Shown piece after piece: positions 47,843 through 57,423 of a stretch of 64,000 bases of DNA. The notes below the pieces were generated by a model, which was not told the DNA's origin, ran no database searches, and was given only the letters and a program-made list of their open reading frames with translations. The position numbers and the translations under genes are program-made. This DNA comes from an uncultured Gemmatimonadales bacterium. Its GTDB lineage: Bacteria > Gemmatimonadota > Gemmatimonadetes > Longimicrobiales > Longimicrobiaceae. Within the stretch, counting starts at the first letter, position 1; each line of letters starts with the position of its first letter. Location of the stretch: assembly GCA_963716255.1 (NCBI GenBank), contig OY970303.1, positions 704,001 through 768,000 on the forward strand. The letters run 5' to 3'.

Positions 47843-50242
47843 TCACGCGAACTCCACCACCGTCACGCCCGTCCCGCCCTCGAAGTGCTCGCCGGGGCGG
47901 GCGACGGTGATGCGCCGGTCTTGCTTGAGCAGCTCCTGCACGCGCTCCCGCAGCGCCCCGGTCCCCTTGCCGTGGATGATGCGGAACGAAGGGAGCCCGG
48001 CCAGGATCGCGTCGTCCAGCGCCTTGCCCAGGCGCATCTCCAGCTCGTCCACGCGCAGGCCGCGCAGGTCCACCTCGGGGTGCGCTTCGCCCGCGCCGGA
48101 GGCGTAGCCGCCGCCCCAGCCGGTGCTCTGCCTGCGGGGCTCCTGGTCGCCCGCGGGGAGCACCGACAGGTCGTCGCGCGGCAGCAGCATGCGCAGCGAC
48201 CCGGCCTCCACCATGGCCTTGCCGTCGCGCACCTCCACCACCGTGCCCGTGCGCCCCAGCGACTCGATGCGTACCCGCGTCCCCGCCTCCAGCACCAGCT
48301 CGCGCCGGGGCCCGCCTCCCCCGCCGCCGCCCGTCCGCGCGCCGCGCCTGGGCTCGCGCGGGATGCGCTCCTTCTGGCGCGTGGCCTCCTCCTCCACGCG
48401 CCGCCGGGCCGCCCGCGCGGCGTCGTCCAGGCGGTCGGCGTCCGCGGCCTCGCGCAGCTCGCGGATCGCCGCCTCCACCTCCGCGCGCGACTGGAGCAGC
48501 AGGTCGCGCGCCTGCTGCCGGGCGCGCCGCTCCGCGTCCTTTTCGCGGCGCGCCAGCTCCCGCACCCGCTCCTCCAGCTCCGCCTTCAGCGCCTCCGTCT
48601 CCCGCAGCCGCGCCTCCGCGCGCAGCGTCTCCGAGGCCAGCCGCTGCTCCTTCGCCTCCAGGTCCAGGAGCAGCTTCGCCACGTCGCGCTCGCCCTGCGG
48701 CAGCGCCGCCTCCGCGCGCTCCAGCACCGCCTCCGGGAGCCCCAGCCGCCGCGCGATCGCCAGGCCGTACGAGCGGCCCGGGAGCCCCTTCACCAGGCGG
48801 TAGGTGGGCTGTAGGCGCTCCGCGTCGAACTGGAGCGAGGCGTTGACGATGCCGCGCTCGTCCGTCGCCAGCAGCTTGAGCGACCCCAGGTGCGTGGTCG
48901 CCACGGTGAACGCCGAGCGGCGCGTGAGCTCCACCAGGATGGACGCCGCCAGCGCGCCGCCCTCCACGGGGTCCGTGCCGCTGCCGATCTCGTCCGTGAG
49001 CACCAGCGACTCCCAGCCCGCGCGGTCCAGGATCTCGCGCAGGTTCTTGAGGTGCGCCGAAAAGGTGGAGAGCGACGCCTCGATGGACTGCTCGTCGCCG
49101 ATGTCCGCGAACACGTCGCGGAACACCGGCAGGCGCGACCCCTCCGCCACCGGCGGCACCACCCCGCTCTGCGCCAGCAGCGAGATCAGCCCCATCGCCT
49201 TGAGCAGCACCGTCTTGCCGCCGGTGTTGGGGCCGGAGATGAGCAGCGTGCGCTCCCCCGGGTCCATGCGCAGGTCGAAGGGGACCACCCGCTCGCCCCG
49301 GGCCAGCAGGATGGGGTGGAAGCCGCGCACCACCACGTACTCCTCCGTCCCCGCGGTGAGCACCGCGGGGATCGCCGCGTCCGCCTTGCGGGCGTAGCGC
49401 GCCCGCGCGAACACCGCGTCCAGCCGCACCAGCGCGTCCAGCGTCGCCAGCAGCTCGGGCTGCTGAGGCCGCAGGCGCACGGTGGCTTCGCGGAGGATGC
49501 GCAGCACCTCGCGGCTCTCGTTCGCCTCCAGCTCGCGCAGGCGGTTCATCATCTCCACCGCCACCGGCGGCTCCACGAACAGCGTCGCCCCCGTCCCCGA
49601 CTCGTCGTGCACGATGCCGCCCACCTCGCCGCGCCCCTCGCGGCGGATGGGGATCACGTAGCGCCCCTCGCGCACCGTCACCGAGGCGTCCTGCACCTGG
49701 TGCTGCGGCGGCAGCGAGGCCGCGAAGGCGGCCAGCCGCTCCACGATGCGCGAGCGCATTCCCTTGATCTCGCGCCGGAAGCGGTACAGCTCCGGCGACG
49801 CCCCGTCGCGCACCTCGCCGTGCTCGTCCAGGATGCGCTCGATCTCCGCCTCCTCCTTTTCCAGCTGGAGCAGCGTGCCGGCCAGGAAGCCCAGCGTGGG
49901 GAACGCCGCCGCCGCGGGCAGCACCGAGCGCCGCACCACGCGCGACGACGCCAGCAGCGTCCCCACGTCGCGGAGCGCCCGCCCGTCCAGCACGCTCCCC
50001 TCGATGCGCAGCTTCTTCAGCGGCTCGCGCACCTCCGGGATGGGCGGCACCGCCCACCCCTCGTCGCGCAGCAGGAAGCGCATCATCTCCCCCACCGTCG
50101 CCAGCTCGCCCGTGATCCACCCCGCGTCGTGCGAGGGGCGCAGGGCGCGCACCGCCTCCGCTCCCAGCGCGGAGGTGGCGTGGCGTGCGACGATGTCCAG
50201 GGCTTCCCCGTATTCGAGGACGTTCAGGGCGTGCGAGTTCAT
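47843..50242 (-). CDS. mutS2: Endonuclease MutS2 (with Smr domain)
   Basis: SGPNTGGKT, DIGDEQSIEASLSTFS, DEIGSGTDP, IIHGKGTGALR. Confidence 0.96.
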   Translation of the reverse strand: MNSHALNVLEYGEALDIVARHATSALGAEAVRALRPSHDAGWITGELATVGEMMRFLLRDEGWAVPPIPEVREPLKKLRIEGSVLDGRALRDVGTLLASSRVVRRSVLPAAAAFPTLGFLAGTLLQLEKEEAEIERILDEHGEVRDGASPELYRFRREIKGMRSRIVERLAAFAASLPPQHQVQDASVTVREGRYVIPIRREGRGEVGGIVHDESGTGATLFVEPPVAVEMMNRLRELEANESREVLRILREATVRLRPQQPELLATLDALVRLDAVFARARYARKADAAIPAVLTAGTEEYVVVRGFHPILLARGERVVPFDLRMDPGERTLLISGPNTGGKTVLLKAMGLISLLAQSGVVPPVAEGSRLPVFRDVFADIGDEQSIEASLSTFSAHLKNLREILDRAGWESLVLTDEIGSGTDPVEGGALAASILVELTRRSAFTVATTHLGSLKLLATDERGIVNASLQFDAERLQPTYRLVKGLPGRSYGLAIARRLGLPEAVLERAEAALPQGERDVAKLLLDLEAKEQRLASETLRAEARLRETEALKAELEERVRELARREKDAERRARQQARDLLLQSRAEVEAAIRELREAADADRLDDAARAARRRVEEEATRQKERIPREPRRGARTGGGGGGGPRRELVLEAGTRVRIESLGRTGTVVEVRDGKAMVEAGSLRMLLPRDDLSVLPAGDQEPRRQSTGWGGGYASGAGEAHPEVDLRGLRVDELEMRLGKALDDAILAGLPSFRIIHGKGTGALRERVQELLKQDRRITVARPGEHFEGGTGVTVVEFA

Positions 50243-50358
50243 CCGGCGGACCGCGGGTGTCGTGGCGAGTTCTGCGAGCTTGGCGTGCGGGTCCTGTACC
50301 CGGAAGGGGGGGCGTGGTTCGGGGGGTTTTTACGGCAACGGCTTTGGAGTGCGGGTTC

Positions 50359-50485
50359 GGGCGTGCCCCCGCTGGCGCGGGGTCGGGCTTCGGCTCCGTA
50401 GGCGAGCAAACAACGCTCGCCAACGGAGTCGAGCCCCGGCAAACTGCCGCCGGGTCTCGCCCCTTCGGGCCGAAATCCCTCACGC
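50359..50485 (+). repeat. Structured repeat family A, copy 9 (antisense to flanking genes)
   Basis: Same element with a shortened first hairpin. Confidence 0.88.
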
Positions 50486-50689
50486 GGGGCTCGCGCTGGC
50501 GTCCGCTGGGGCCCCCTCTCCCGGCCCCCTCCCCCGCAAGCGGGAGAGGGGGGGAACGGCCTCGACACGGCCGTTGCCGTTGCGTTCTGCGCCGGGAGGT
50601 CGGGGGCGGCTGCGCAGGACCACAAAAAACCAGCCCCCGCGGGAATCTCCCGGCGAGGGCACGGCTCCGACCGGCGCGCGACAAAAGGA

Positions 50690-53065
50690 TCAGCCCGAAG
50701 TCACGATCGCCTGCGACGCGCCGCGGTCCGGCAGCACCAGGCGGAAGGTGCTCCCCTCCCCCACGACGGATTCCACCTCCACCCGGCCGCCCAGCAGCTC
50801 CGCCAGCCGCCGCGCGATGGTCAGGCCCAGGCCGGTGCCGGGCTGCGAGCCGTCGCCCAGGCGCACGAACTCCTCGAAGATGCGCTCCCGCTCCTCCGCG
50901 GGGATCCCGGGGCCGTGGTCCGCGACCTCGAAGGCCACGCCGCCCCCGGAGGCCGGGAGGCAGGCCGCCCGCACGGGCCGGCCGCGGCCGTACTTGAGGG
51001 CGTTGGAAAGCAGGTTGAGCAGGATCTGGCGGACGCGGCGGGGGTCGGTGGCCAGCACGGGGGGGGCGGCCGCCGCGTCCAGCGACAGCTCGCACCCGTG
51101 CTCCGCCGCCAGGGGGCGCACGGCGGTTATCGCCTCGCGCAGCAGCTCCGCGGCGGCGACCTCCTCCGTGCGTGCCTCCATCTTTCCCGCCTCCAGGCGC
51201 GACAGGTCCAGCACCTCGTTGACCAGCTCCAGCAGCCCCCCGGCGGACCCCTGCGAGCGCTGCACGCCCTCCGTCTGCGACTCCGTGAGCGGCCCGTACG
51301 CCCCTGTGAGGAGCAGGTCGTTGTACAGCATCACCGCGCTGATGGGAGTGCGCAGCTCGTGGCTGACCATGGCGTAGAAGCGGTTCCGCGCCGCGACCGC
51401 GGCGGCGCGCTCCTCCTCGGCGCGGCGGCGGGCGGTGACGTCGGTGAGGATGGAGTACAGCAGCGGGCGCCCGCGCAGCTCCACCGGCGCCGTGTGCACC
51501 TCCATGTAGCGGATCTCGCCCGAGGCCAGCCGGTGCGGGAAGACCAGCGTCCCCTGCCCGCCCTGGAGGGCGTGCTCCATCGCCTCCTGCACCTCCTCCG
51601 GGGGGAGTGCGTTGAGGTCCGTCACCCGCATGGCGCGCAGGCGCTCCGCCGGGTAGCCGTAGAACGCCGCGGCGGCCGGGTTGGCGTCCACCACGGCGCC
51701 GGTGGCCGGGTCGATGAGCAGCTTGATCGCCCGGTTCCCCTCGAACATCTGGCGGTAGCGCGCCTCGCTCTCCCGCAGCGCCTCCTCCACCCGCTTGCGG
51801 TCCGTCACGTCCTCCGCGATCCCGGCGTCGCGGTACACGTGCCCCGCCTCGTCGCGGATGGGGATGGCGCGCTCGCGGATCCAGCGGACCTCGCCGTCCG
51901 GACGGACGATGCGGTACTCGACCTCGTACTCGCGCCCCGCGCCGTCCCCCAGCGCGGTCCACACGCTCTCCAGGTCCTCGGGGTGCACGGACTGCATCCA
52001 GGAGCCGGGCACCCGGTACAGCTCCTCGAGCGGACGTCCCCAGACCTGCTCGTAGGCGGGGCTCACGTACAGCACCTCGCTCCGGTCCGCGGTGTTCAGG
52101 TAGAACACGTCGCGCAGGTTCTCGGCGAGCTGGCGGAAGCGCTCCTCGCTGGCCCGCAGCTCCCGCAGCGCGCGGCGGTGCTCGGTGACGTCGCGGTACA
52201 CCAGGTAGATGGCCACCGGGCTCCCGTCCAGGCGCACCGGCTTCCCCAGCACCGACACGTCGATGCGCGAGCCGTCCTTGCGGCGGCGCGTGGTGTCCAG
52301 GCTCACCGGCCGCCCCGCCGTCACCGACCGGGTGACGCGCTCCGCCTCGTCCAGCCGGTCGGGCGGGACGATCAGCTCGTTGATGGGACGCCCGACGATC
52401 TCCTCCGCGCGGTACCCGAAGGTGCGCAGGAACTCGCAGTTGCCGCGGACCACCCGCTCCTCCACGTCCAGCAGGACGATGGCCTCCGGCGAGCTCTCGA
52501 ACAGCTCCTCCAGGTGGGCGCGCTGCAGCCGCAGTTCGCGCTCCGTCTGGCGCATCCCCGCCGCGCGGCAGCGCCACTCCACCTCCGCCGCCGCGGCCGC
52601 CGCCAGCTCCGCGAGGGTGCGGACGTCCTCCAGCTCCCAGGCGCGCGGGTGGGCGTCCATGACGCACAGCGCCCCGAAGGGCGGCCCCCCGGCCGCGGCG
52701 AGCGGCACCCCGGCGAAGGCCGTCATCCCCAGCTCGCGCACGGCGGCGGTCTCCGGGAAGAACGGGTGCTCGCGCACGTCGCGAAGCAGCACCGGGCGCG
52801 CGGCGGCCGCCACCTGGCTGCACAGCGTCCCCGCCTCGGGGTGCGAGCGGGGGGCCAGGTGCCCCTCCGGGAACCCCACGGCGCTCTTGAACACCAGCCG
52901 CCCGCCCTCCACCAGCGACAGCGTGGCGACGGGGACGCGAAGGATGCGCGCGGCGAGCCGGGTGAAGCGGTCGAAGGCTTCCTCGGGGGGGGAGTCGAGG
53001 AGACCGGTCCCGTCCAGCGGACCGGGCCGCACGGCGCCCTGCGGGAGGAGGAGGTCGCGGAGCAT
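50690..53065 (-). CDS. GAF-PAS-PAS-PAS sensor histidine kinase
   Basis: GAF, three PAS/PAC domains, SHELRTP H-box, NLLSNALKY, DHGPGI, GTGLGL; start codon uncertain. Confidence 0.92.
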   Translation of the reverse strand: MLRDLLLPQGAVRPGPLDGTGLLDSPPEEAFDRFTRLAARILRVPVATLSLVEGGRLVFKSAVGFPEGHLAPRSHPEAGTLCSQVAAAARPVLLRDVREHPFFPETAAVRELGMTAFAGVPLAAAGGPPFGALCVMDAHPRAWELEDVRTLAELAAAAAAEVEWRCRAAGMRQTERELRLQRAHLEELFESSPEAIVLLDVEERVVRGNCEFLRTFGYRAEEIVGRPINELIVPPDRLDEAERVTRSVTAGRPVSLDTTRRRKDGSRIDVSVLGKPVRLDGSPVAIYLVYRDVTEHRRALRELRASEERFRQLAENLRDVFYLNTADRSEVLYVSPAYEQVWGRPLEELYRVPGSWMQSVHPEDLESVWTALGDGAGREYEVEYRIVRPDGEVRWIRERAIPIRDEAGHVYRDAGIAEDVTDRKRVEEALRESEARYRQMFEGNRAIKLLIDPATGAVVDANPAAAAFYGYPAERLRAMRVTDLNALPPEEVQEAMEHALQGGQGTLVFPHRLASGEIRYMEVHTAPVELRGRPLLYSILTDVTARRRAEEERAAAVAARNRFYAMVSHELRTPISAVMLYNDLLLTGAYGPLTESQTEGVQRSQGSAGGLLELVNEVLDLSRLEAGKMEARTEEVAAAELLREAITAVRPLAAEHGCELSLDAAAAPPVLATDPRRVRQILLNLLSNALKYGRGRPVRAACLPASGGGVAFEVADHGPGIPAEERERIFEEFVRLGDGSQPGTGLGLTIARRLAELLGGRVEVESVVGEGSTFRLVLPDRGASQAIVTSG

Positions 53066-53294
53066 GCGCTTGCGAGGCGGCGGAGTGCCGGGGAGGTGAG
53101 GGGCTCCGGCGGCTCGGAGGGAGGGCCGACGGCGGCGGGAGGGCTCGGGGGGGAAAGCCCGTAAATCTCCCAAGAACATGCGCCGCAAGCGCGTGTCCCG
53201 CAAGAGACGGGAGCGCGACATGCCCCTCGCCTTGACACGCCCCGGCGCGCGGCTAGTGTTGTAGCCGTTCCCATGCACCCGGACCCCGGCGCCG

Positions 53295-53984
53295 ATGCTC
53301 TCTCCGGTCGTAGAAGACTACCTCAAGTCGATCTGGGCGCTCCAGCAGGCGGAGACCCCGGTGGCCACCTCGCGCATCGCCGACCGGCTGGGGCTTTCCG
53401 CCGCCGCGGTGACGGCCATGGTCAAGCGCCTGGCCGAGCAGAACCTGCTGCGCCACGAGCCCTACTACGGCGTGCGGCTGACCGCCGTGGGGGAGCTTGC
53501 GGCGCTGCGCATCGTGCGGCGGCACCGGGTGCTGGAGCTGTTCCTGGTGGAGGTGCTCGGCTACGAGTGGGACCGGGTGCACGACGAGGCGGAGCGGCTG
53601 GAGCACGCCGCCAGCGACGAGCTGATCGAGCGCCTGGCGCGCCTCCTGGGCGAGCCGGAGCGCGACCCGCACGGCGCGGCCATCCCCTCCGCCGAGGGGG
53701 AGATGGACAACGCGCGCTACCCTGCCCTTTCCGACATGCAGCCGGGGGAAAGCAACCGGGTGCTGGAGGTGGAGGTGGAGGAGCCCGAGCAGCTGCGCTA
53801 CCTGGGCTCCATGGACCTGTATCCCGGCGCCGAGGTGGAGGTGTGCAGCAAGCAGCCCTTCGAGGGCCCCATCTCCCTCACGGTGAACGGCGCGCCGCAG
53901 GTGATCGCGCACTCACTGGCGCGCCGCATCCGCGTGCGCTCCGACGCGGACGGCCCCGGGCGGCGCGAGGGCGCCGCGGGCTGA
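53295..53984 (+). CDS. DtxR/MntR family metal-dependent regulator with FeoA-like C-terminus
   Basis: EDYLK, RRHRVLELFL, EAERLEH, DPHG; TTGACA and TAGTGT promoter-like boxes at 53232-53259. Confidence 0.93.
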   Translation: MLSPVVEDYLKSIWALQQAETPVATSRIADRLGLSAAAVTAMVKRLAEQNLLRHEPYYGVRLTAVGELAALRIVRRHRVLELFLVEVLGYEWDRVHDEAERLEHAASDELIERLARLLGEPERDPHGAAIPSAEGEMDNARYPALSDMQPGESNRVLEVEVEEPEQLRYLGSMDLYPGAEVEVCSKQPFEGPISLTVNGAPQVIAHSLARRIRVRSDADGPGRREGAAG

Positions 53985-54005
53985 CCCGCCGCCGCGCGAG
54001 GGAGC

Positions 54006-54021
54006 TGGCAGGCGACTTGCT
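54006..54021 (+). promoter_or_regulatory. sigma54 (-24/-12) promoter candidate
   Basis: TGGCAGGCGACTTGCT (GG-N10-GC) 33 nt before ATG 54055. Confidence 0.6.
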
Positions 54022-54054
54022 GCCACGTGGGCGGACCCTTCAACCGGAACGGAC

Positions 54055-54363
54055 ATGAACCTGCTCAGGCTCCTCCTCGGCGGCGCGGCGGTCGCCACCA
54101 TCCTGGTCGCCTTCCGCGACTTCGAGAACGACAGCTGGCTCCCCCCCGGCGGCGCGGGCGGCGGCCGCGACGCGGCGCTCCCCGCGGGCTTCGAGGACGA
54201 GGAGCCGGTCCTGGGCTACGACGGCATGGACCGCGACACGCTGATCCAGTGGATCCGCGACGCCCGCCTGGACGAGGACACGCTGATCCGCATCCACGAG
54301 TACGAAGCCGCCAACCAGGGCCGCGAGCGGGTGCTCCAGGCCGTGTCGGAGCTGCTGGGATGA
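54055..54363 (+). CDS. Small membrane-anchored hypothetical protein
   Basis: N-terminal TM helix; acidic C-terminal helical domain (YDG...YEAANQGRERVL). Confidence 0.7.
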   Translation: MNLLRLLLGGAAVATILVAFRDFENDSWLPPGGAGGGRDAALPAGFEDEEPVLGYDGMDRDTLIQWIRDARLDEDTLIRIHEYEAANQGRERVLQAVSELLG

Positions 54364-54462
54364 CGGCAGGGATCTAGGGAACAGGGAACAGCCTGCAAAA
54401 GCAAAGGCGCCCCCGCCGGGAGATCCCGGGGGAGGCGCCTTTTGCAGTTCCGCAGTACCCAC

Positions 54463-54522
54463 ATCCGTCGGTTCGGAGGGAGACAGCCGGGCCGTTTCGG
54501 CTGGCTCACTCCGGCGCGGCCC
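54463..54522 (-). repeat. Structured repeat family B, partial copy 3
   Basis: One hairpin module, followed by ATGTGGGTACTGCGGAACTGC and a GC hairpin also seen at 2990-3049. Confidence 0.75.
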
Positions 54523-54549
54523 GCCCAGCCTACACGGACGAAATCAGGA

Positions 54550-54990
54550 TCAGCCCAGCTCCTCGCGCACGATACGGTTCAGCTCCTTGCCGTCGAACTG
54601 CCCCTTCACCCGCGGCATGACGGCCTTCATCACCCCGCCCAGGTCCTTTGCTCCGCCGGAGATGGCCTCGCGCACGAAGCCGCGGACCGCGTCCTCGTCC
54701 AGCTGCGGCGGCAGGTAGACGGCCAGGATCTTCGCCTCCTCGTCCTCCTTGGCGGCCAGCTCCTCGCGCCCTCCGCCGCGCATCTGCTCGGCGGCCTCGC
54801 GGCGGCGCTTGATGCCGGTGCCCACCACGGGAAGAACCTCCTCGTCGGTCAGCTCGTGCCCCACTTCGATCTCGCGGTTGCGGAGGTCGGACAGCAGGGT
54901 CGTGAGCACGGTGGTGCGCAGCTTGTCGCGCTCGCGGCGGGCGGTGTTCAGGTCGCCGCGGATCTGCTCCTTGAGGGCGGAACCGGCCAT
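54550..54990 (-). CDS. GatB/YqeY domain protein
   Basis: LKEQIRGDL, IKRRREA, YLPPQL, GGVMK, DGK. Confidence 0.92.
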   Translation of the reverse strand: MAGSALKEQIRGDLNTARRERDKLRTTVLTTLLSDLRNREIEVGHELTDEEVLPVVGTGIKRRREAAEQMRGGGREELAAKEDEEAKILAVYLPPQLDEDAVRGFVREAISGGAKDLGGVMKAVMPRVKGQFDGKELNRIVREELG

Positions 54991-55162
54991 GGGGTCTCGG
55001 GATGGAAGATGGCGTGGACGGACGGGCGGCCCCGGGCCGCGCGCAGGGGCGAATCTAGCCGCTCGCGCCCCGCGGCTCAACCGGACGGGCCCGAACGCGG
55101 CGGCGGCGCGGCGGGAGGACCCCGCCGCGCCGCCGCGGAGCGCCGCGCGTGGCGCGGCGAGG

Positions 55163-56191
55163 TCAGGCGTTCTCGCCGCCCTCGCCTCCGGCGCGCGGGC
55201 TCTCGCCGTGCGGCTTCACCGGCAGGTCGGCGGCCTCCAGGCGCAGCTCGGTGCCCGGCTTGGGGCCCTCGCCCACGCGCGACTGCGTGTTCAGGCCGGA
55301 CCCGGTCGGCGCGCGGGAGGCCGCGTGGGCGTGCGGCCCGGTCGGGTCCTGGTTGTCCAGCTCGTCCTCGCGGAACCTGGACGGCTTGCCGGCCTGCGCC
55401 TCGGAGCGCTCGGCGCCCAGCGGGCGCGAGTGCCCCGTCTCCAGCTCGAACTCGCCGCGGTCGGTGTGCTCCAGGGACACCTCCTGGATGTGTCGTGAGT
55501 CGTCGGAGCGGTCGGGGTCGGTCTGCCGCCCCTGGCGGCGGCGGCCCATCCCGCTGTTCAGCCCGGTCCACTCGGTCTCCCGGCGGGCGGCGTCCTCGTC
55601 GCGCAGGGGGATGCGGCCGCGCCGGTGCCCGTCGTCCTCCACGTCCAGGCGGTTGACCACCGTGTCCACCCCGGCCACGCGCTGCGCCAGCCGCACGGCG
55701 CGGTCGGCCTCGTCCTCGGTGTAGACGGAGCCGGACAGCTCGATGATGCCGCGGCTGATGGCGCCCACGTCGATTCCCCGCTCCCCCAGCACCTCGTCCG
55801 CCAGGAAGGCGTCGAGCACCGCGTCCTCCAGCCCCGTAAGCTCGTCTTGGTCGCGGGTCGCCCGGCGCATTCGCCCCGGCCGGAACGCCGCCGCCACGCC
55901 GGCCGCGCGCGCGCGGATCGTCTCGGCGCGGGTGCGGAACTCGCCGGCCCGGCCCCGGAGGCCTTCCGCGCGGCCGCGGAGCTCGTCCGCCCGGCCGCGA
56001 AGCTGCTCCTCGGCGCGGCCGCGCAGCTCGCCTACCTTCTGCCCCGCCCGTTCCCGCGCGCGGCTGGCGGCGGGCTTCAACCGCCCCGAGAGGAGCAGCC
56101 CCAGCGCGAACCCTCCCGCGGCGCCCAGCACGAACGTCAGCGCGTCCTGCCTGAGGTCGCCTTCGTCTTGGCGCTCACGAATCTCCCACAT
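55163..56191 (-). CDS. BON-domain protein with N-terminal TM and heptad repeats
   Basis: GIIELSGSV...VAGVDTVVNRL BON motif; (E/Q/G)LRGRA repeats. Confidence 0.8.
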   Translation of the reverse strand: MWEIRERQDEGDLRQDALTFVLGAAGGFALGLLLSGRLKPAASRARERAGQKVGELRGRAEEQLRGRADELRGRAEGLRGRAGEFRTRAETIRARAAGVAAAFRPGRMRRATRDQDELTGLEDAVLDAFLADEVLGERGIDVGAISRGIIELSGSVYTEDEADRAVRLAQRVAGVDTVVNRLDVEDDGHRRGRIPLRDEDAARRETEWTGLNSGMGRRRQGRQTDPDRSDDSRHIQEVSLEHTDRGEFELETGHSRPLGAERSEAQAGKPSRFREDELDNQDPTGPHAHAASRAPTGSGLNTQSRVGEGPKPGTELRLEAADLPVKPHGESPRAGGEGGENA

Positions 56192-56253
56192 AACCCCCCC
56201 TGAACCAGGATGTTCGATCGGTCGTCAACCGCACGACAGGCCCGGCCGGGGGG

Positions 56254-56269
56254 TGCAATTCGCGTTCCA
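56254..56269 (-). promoter_or_regulatory. sigma54 (-24/-12) promoter candidate
   Basis: TGGAACGCGAATTGCA (GG-N10-GC) on the minus strand upstream of the BON gene. Confidence 0.65.
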
Positions 56270-56340
56270 GGCAGGGCCCGAAAACGAGCGCCCGCACCGG
56301 GCTTTCCGGTGCGGGCGCGGGGGACGGATGGGACGCGCGG

Positions 56341-57291
56341 TCAGCTCTCGCCGCGGATCAGCCGGCGCTCGGCGTCCTTTCGCTCGCGGGTGGCGCGCAC
56401 CCGCGCCTGGAAGGAGTTGCTCCGCTCGCGGTCGGCCACCTGGCGGTCGATCTCGGCGCGCTGGCCGGACTCGCGCCGCGCCTCGGCGGACGCGTCCGGG
56501 CTGGACGCGAAGCCGAACGGGGCCGGGAGGGTGATCCTGCCCAGGTGGATCTTGCCGGGGGAGGCGCCCCAGCGGTTGCCGTCCTTGTCCTTGAGCGTCC
56601 AGTCCAGCGCGTTGCGCGCCCGCGCCTGCTCGGCGGCCATGCTGTCGTTGTACTCTCCCAGCCTGGCCCCCAGCCGGCCCATGTACTCCTCGTGCGGGGT
56701 CTGCTCGGGCCGGGCGGGGACCGGCCGCTGGGTGGGGAAGAGCCGCGGGTCGCGGATCCCCGGGCGCAGCGGGCTCCCGCCGGTCCCGGTGCCGCCCGTC
56801 TGTCCCGCCCCCCCCGTCCCCGTGCCCTGCGACGCGGGGGCGCCCCCCGCCTGCGGCAGACCCGTGGGCGCCCCGGACGGGAAGACCAGCTCCTCGCCCG
56901 GCGCACCCGTCCGCTCGGTGCGCTCCGGCTGCGCCCCCACCGGGGGCGGCGCCGGGGGCTCCTGCGGGAACGGCACCGCCTCCGCGGGACCGCCCGCCGC
57001 CACCTGCGGCCCGGCGTCGGCCTGGGGGAACGCCAGGTCGAAGTACTCCACCGTCTCCTCCGGCGCCTCGCCGCGGTCCAGCAGCTTGGGCCCGATGCGC
57101 ACGAACGCCACCGCCAGCGCCACCAGCGCCAGGTGCACCGCCACGGAGCCCGCCAGCGACGCGGCAGACGGGCGCCCGGACGGGTCGCGGCGGCCGAAGC
57201 GGCGCAGCGGCGCGTGCACGCGGAGGACGGGGGTCGGCTGCTCGGGCGGGGCCTCCGGGGGAGGCGGCGGAGCGATGGCGGGAGGCGTCAT
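56341..57291 (-). CDS. Membrane-anchored Pro/Gly-rich hypothetical protein (TonB-like N-terminus)
   Basis: SVAVH TM motif, Pro/Gly-rich linker, unassigned C-terminal domain. Confidence 0.65.
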   Translation of the reverse strand: MTPPAIAPPPPPEAPPEQPTPVLRVHAPLRRFGRRDPSGRPSAASLAGSVAVHLALVALAVAFVRIGPKLLDRGEAPEETVEYFDLAFPQADAGPQVAAGGPAEAVPFPQEPPAPPPVGAQPERTERTGAPGEELVFPSGAPTGLPQAGGAPASQGTGTGGAGQTGGTGTGGSPLRPGIRDPRLFPTQRPVPARPEQTPHEEYMGRLGARLGEYNDSMAAEQARARNALDWTLKDKDGNRWGASPGKIHLGRITLPAPFGFASSPDASAEARRESGQRAEIDRQVADRERSNSFQARVRATRERKDAERRLIRGES

Positions 57292-57423
57292 ACGGACCTT
57301 CTACTCCCTTCCCGCTACGTCGGTTCCGTCCCGTCGGCGAACGGGGCCCGCTCCCTCCGGGGAGCGGGCCCCGCCCCGCGTCCTGCCCTTCCACTCCCGC
57401 ACTCCCGGCGAAGCCGGGCCGCC

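Noticed and set aside
47799..52823. Very long alternative-frame ORFs (1674 aa here; also 30247-33954, 60001-63264, 9660-12710 and 34508-37360)
   Set aside because: They are Arg/Gly/Pro-rich shadow frames caused by high GC, overlapping well-supported genes. Only the C-terminal part of 34508-37360 (the thioesterase) is real.
53183..53200. A sigma54-like GG-N10-GC site upstream of the histidine kinase
   Set aside because: The -24 element (GGGACAC) deviates from TGGCAC, so it is too weak in such GC-rich DNA.
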